From: an uncultured Alphaproteobacteria bacterium
GTDB lineage: Bacteria > Pseudomonadota > Alphaproteobacteria > Rhizobiales > Xanthobacteraceae
Direction: 5' to 3'
Length of the DNA: 64,000 bases
Assembly: GCA_963802585.1 (NCBI GenBank)
Contig: CAWDJS010000008.1
Coordinates: forward strand, 8,940-72,939
A model generated the notes under the pieces. It saw only the letters and a list, made by a program, of their open reading frames with translations. It did not search any database and had not been told where the DNA came from. The position numbers were made by a program, and so were the translations under genes. Below, one piece after another: positions 60,603-64,000 of the stretch (position 1 is the first letter of the stretch; each line of letters begins with the position of its first letter).

Positions 60603-63600
60603 TCATTCGCTCGTCGCCTTACAAACATCGATGGGAGGCTGATTATCGGCGGCACCAATAAGACGCATTTCTGCGGGTGGAGAGAGAATAGTGACACCCG
60701 CGAGTTCGCTGCTACAAAGCTCTTCGACAATCTTACTAATCGGTTTGGTAACCTGCTCTACGTACCAAATTCTCGTAGCCACCTCAGATGTCACAACAAT
60801 CTCTTTGCCGCTCGGACTAAAATTCGCTGAAGCGACACCGATTTCCCTTGCGTTTCCTTGGTCGTCAAACCTCACCGGGATATCGTTTGCATCTTGGAAA
60901 GTTGCCAGCACGCCGCGCGTGTTCGAGTCCCCAGATCCGAACGGTTCCGTCGTCCGAAGACGTACTATTCGGTTCCCATCGGGACTATAACTTGCTGAGT
61001 TCACGCCAAGCTCATGGTTCCCGAGAGTGGTTATCTTACGGTCCCCCTTCAGCTCGATGATCTGAACCTGGCCGTCATCCAAACCAATTACGAGATGACT
61101 GCTGTCTGGGCTAAATGCCATGCTTTCAATGGCCGCTAGCGTACCCATTTCGAGAACTGCATCATTCGTATCGACTATTCTGACGCTCAACCGGCGTGAG
61201 CTTTCAAGTGACGTGGTGGCAATCATCTTCCCATCTGGGCTAAACGCTACACATTGAACTTCGACCGGTCTTGCGGCTGTTGGCGCTGAATTGTCATTTG
61301 ACTTCAAAAGGAATGTTCCGGGCTTCATTGATATTAAGGCGGCCAAGCGATCCTTATCTTGAACAGCGGTCAATTGATCCGTCTGCTTGTCCCAGATTTG
61401 GATTTTTCCGTCGATCGTGGATGTAATAATTCGCGATCTATCTTGGCTGAAGGCTATTGAGATAATTCCGGTGCTCAGTCGAAGTGGCGTTCCGATAACC
61501 TTTCTAAGCTGTGCATCCCAAACTGTCGCCGTTCCACGATTGGATCCCACAACAATACTCTTTCCGTCTGGATCAAAGGTGGAGGAAAGGAACTGGTCAT
61601 CGCCTGCTTCGATTGTATTTAAGAGCCTGATTGACGTAGATGTCGCGAACACGCAGTGTCCCTGCGTCAGACGTTGTAACAAGCTTCGAGCCATCGGGGC
61701 TGAAGCTTATAGACGACACGACGTCCGGGAAAACATTCAGCTCGATATTCGTTTAATTCTTGCCGATGTCCCAAACTCGAATTCTGTTTTTAGACCCCAC
61801 AGCCAACTGCCTACCGTCACGGCTGAGCGCCATCGACGCGACGTCTTCGAAAGACCCCTCGAGCGAGCCGAGTTCAACTCCACTTTTTGTATCAAAAACT
61901 ATTACCGAACCGCCTCGTAAATCAACCAAAAGTTTTGTGCCATCCAAACTGAATAACAAATTGACTACGTCGCCCGAGCGCACGTCAATGGTGCGGGTTT
62001 GAGATCCAACCAAGATCTTGACAGGGCGATCGCGAGATTCGTTCCACGATAGCCAGTTGCTCCCCCTTTGATGAAATTGCGGCCAGCTTTGCGGTCGCTC
62101 GGATCGAAGAAACGAGCTCTGCACGTGTTGTATTTCAAATCTCGATATTCCCGCCATCAAGGATTGTTAGGAGGAAAGCTCCATCGGCACTAAACCTCGC
62201 AAATTTGACCTCTAAGTTTTTATCTTTCTCTTCTGATCGGTCTAATTCACGGAGTTTCGGCGATGGGAGCCTGGCCACAATTTCTCCAGTCGCGATCTCC
62301 CATATTGCCTGTTCATGCGTGATGTTGAACTGGTGATGGGGATCTTGTTCCGACGCCGAGAAGCCGATGAAGGCCAGTGTTCCGTCGACGCTCTGGGCAA
62401 ACGAATAGAGCCTACCTGTTATCATGTCGCTTACTTTGTGCAGCGCACGGCTCGTGTTGTCGAACAAAAATCCCAAATATCAATTCTGCCATTGTCAGAC
62501 TAGTAGGATTTCAGAAGAATTATTCAAGAATGTTGCTGTCGTTAAGTGGTCGTTCGCAACAATTTGCCATGACGATTGCGATGCAGCTCTTGCTAATTCT
62601 GAATTGGCCAAAGATCCTTCTGCTCGGGCCGGGCCTGACCGCGAGTCATAGCGGCTACCAAGAATGGCAAACCTCATAGCGCCGTTCAAATCACCGACCG
62701 CGCGTCTATTGGACGCCAGCCCAGCAAAATAGTTGGCTTGAGTATGTGCGAGGGCCTGGGCCTGAATTTTTTATCTAGCCGTTGACTTTGGGTCGCAGCT
62801 AGAGCCTGCGCGTCCTCTATTGCGCGGCTTTTGACTTCAATCTCATGCGCAAGTCGCTCGGTCTTCTTGTGTTCGCTTTCGGCTTCTGCTTTTCGCGATC
62901 AAAAGTGCATCGGCTTGTATTTTGAGCTCCACACTTCTTCTCTCTTGATAAACTGCATTTTGAAAGAGACCAAAGCTTACAGTGGCCAGCGGTAGAAGTA
63001 GAATTGAAGCCACTGTCGCCCACCTGACGACCCTCTCTCTGCGGCGCCTTCTCTGCTCACGATCAAAGGAAAGCGCCACAAACTCCTGAAGGTCGTCTGT
63101 CGTCAAATCACCCGGGTCACTGAGCAGATTTCGGGCCCGCTCAAGTTGAAAGCCCGCAGACAGAAGAAGATCTTCCCGTCGGCCCTGCTGGTCCCATTCC
63201 GCTTTTGCCTGCAGTATCGCTGTGCGAGCGCGTAGCTTTACGCAATTCGCGTTTATCCAATCCTTCAAACGCGGCCAAGTCCGAATCAGTGCCTCGTGGG
63301 CGACCTCTACCGTTGGTCGACCGGCGCGGTCTGAACCAGTCACCAATAATCGCACTCGCTGTCCAGCAAACTGATCTACTATTCGACGCTGCTGAGTTTC
63401 GGCTGGCATTACCGCGCGGGCGCGCGTATCTTCTTGACCTTCGCCAGGCGTAACGAGGCGGAGAAACAGCTGTCGAGCTGCTCGCTGATCGGATGAAGAC
63501 AGCGAGTTAAACGCTCGCTCCGCCGTATTGCGAATAGCTTCTCGAACTCCACCAGAACGCGCATAAGCGTCGGCGTCTATCGATGCCCCTTTACATAGAC

Positions 63601-64000
63601 CCCATGTTTCTTTCAGAGCATATTGGAGGAGTGGCAACATACCCTCGTCTTCGCCAGCATCATCCAATATACGCTCGACCAGCGAGCTAGGATCGAACGT
63701 AACGCCAACTTTTTTCGCCGGCTCAACAATAGTTTGTTGCAACTGATCGCGCTGCATCTTGCCGAGAAGGATTTGGTAAGTAGGCAATAATGCTTTTAGT
63801 CCCTCGTGAGAAATCAAAGGATCATAAAAATCCGCGCGTACCGTTCCAACGATAGTTACGGGACCACTTCTGCCTAGTTCAAAATTAGATCAATCGAGCT
63901 TCACATCCTCTCTGCAGCGTGAGCCACGCGTCAGCGTCGCGTCGAGGCGCCTGCGCATACAGTTCTTCCCATTGATCAATATATAACAAGAGACGATCTG
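60603..64000 (-). pseudogene. nSTAND1 NTPase - transmembrane - WD40 beta-propeller protein, multiply disrupted, 5' part beyond the window
   Basis: Walker B LLLYIDQWEELY at the right edge, then GTVRADFY, LPLLQYAL, GGV..AI...AE, LFLRLV and EVAHEALIRTW (STAND). TM helix follows RRRRRER, then many FSPDG...IW/VWD repeats across the fragments 62843-63817, 62495-62689, 62135-62476, 61753-62160 and 60603-61694. Confidence 0.88.

Overview
High-GC alphaproteobacterial chromosome. Gene order and repeat types are typical of Bradyrhizobium (Nitrobacteraceae). Bases 1 to about 55,750 are mostly core genome: ggt (partial), gfa/HxlR, orphan parA, mutM, ubiE-ubiB-coaBC-dut, a MAPEG-SDR-cupin-TetR cassette, divL-tsaE/amgK-pilZ-murU-addB (frameshifted)-addA-trxA, folC-accD-trpAB-trpF, lapA-ihfB-sppA-rpsA-cmk-aroA, tRNA-Ala(GGC), ohrR/ohr, a CoA-transferase, ugpBAEC, hsp20, ptsN-hpf-rpoN-lptBAC, rnd, an MFS transporter and an ester cyclase/TetR pair. 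From about 55,810 to the end is a visibly more AT-rich accessory island. It opens with a degenerate tRNA 3'-end copy (att-like junction) and carries small orphan peptides, a truncated IS66 and a heavily disrupted membrane-anchored nSTAND1 NTPase-WD40 gene that runs off the right edge. Best leads: (1) CoaBC carries a FitA-like ribbon-helix-helix domain, and two tandem FitA-operator-like palindromes flank a TATAAT directly upstream, suggesting a PutA-style self-repressing CoA-biosynthesis enzyme; (2) an AbiEii/MenT-like nucleotidyltransferase plus partner gene is wedged seamlessly into aroA-cmk; (3) the att-bounded island holds an NLR-like STAND-WD40 relic. No CRISPR array or rRNA was seen. All motif calls were made by eye; no database searches were run.
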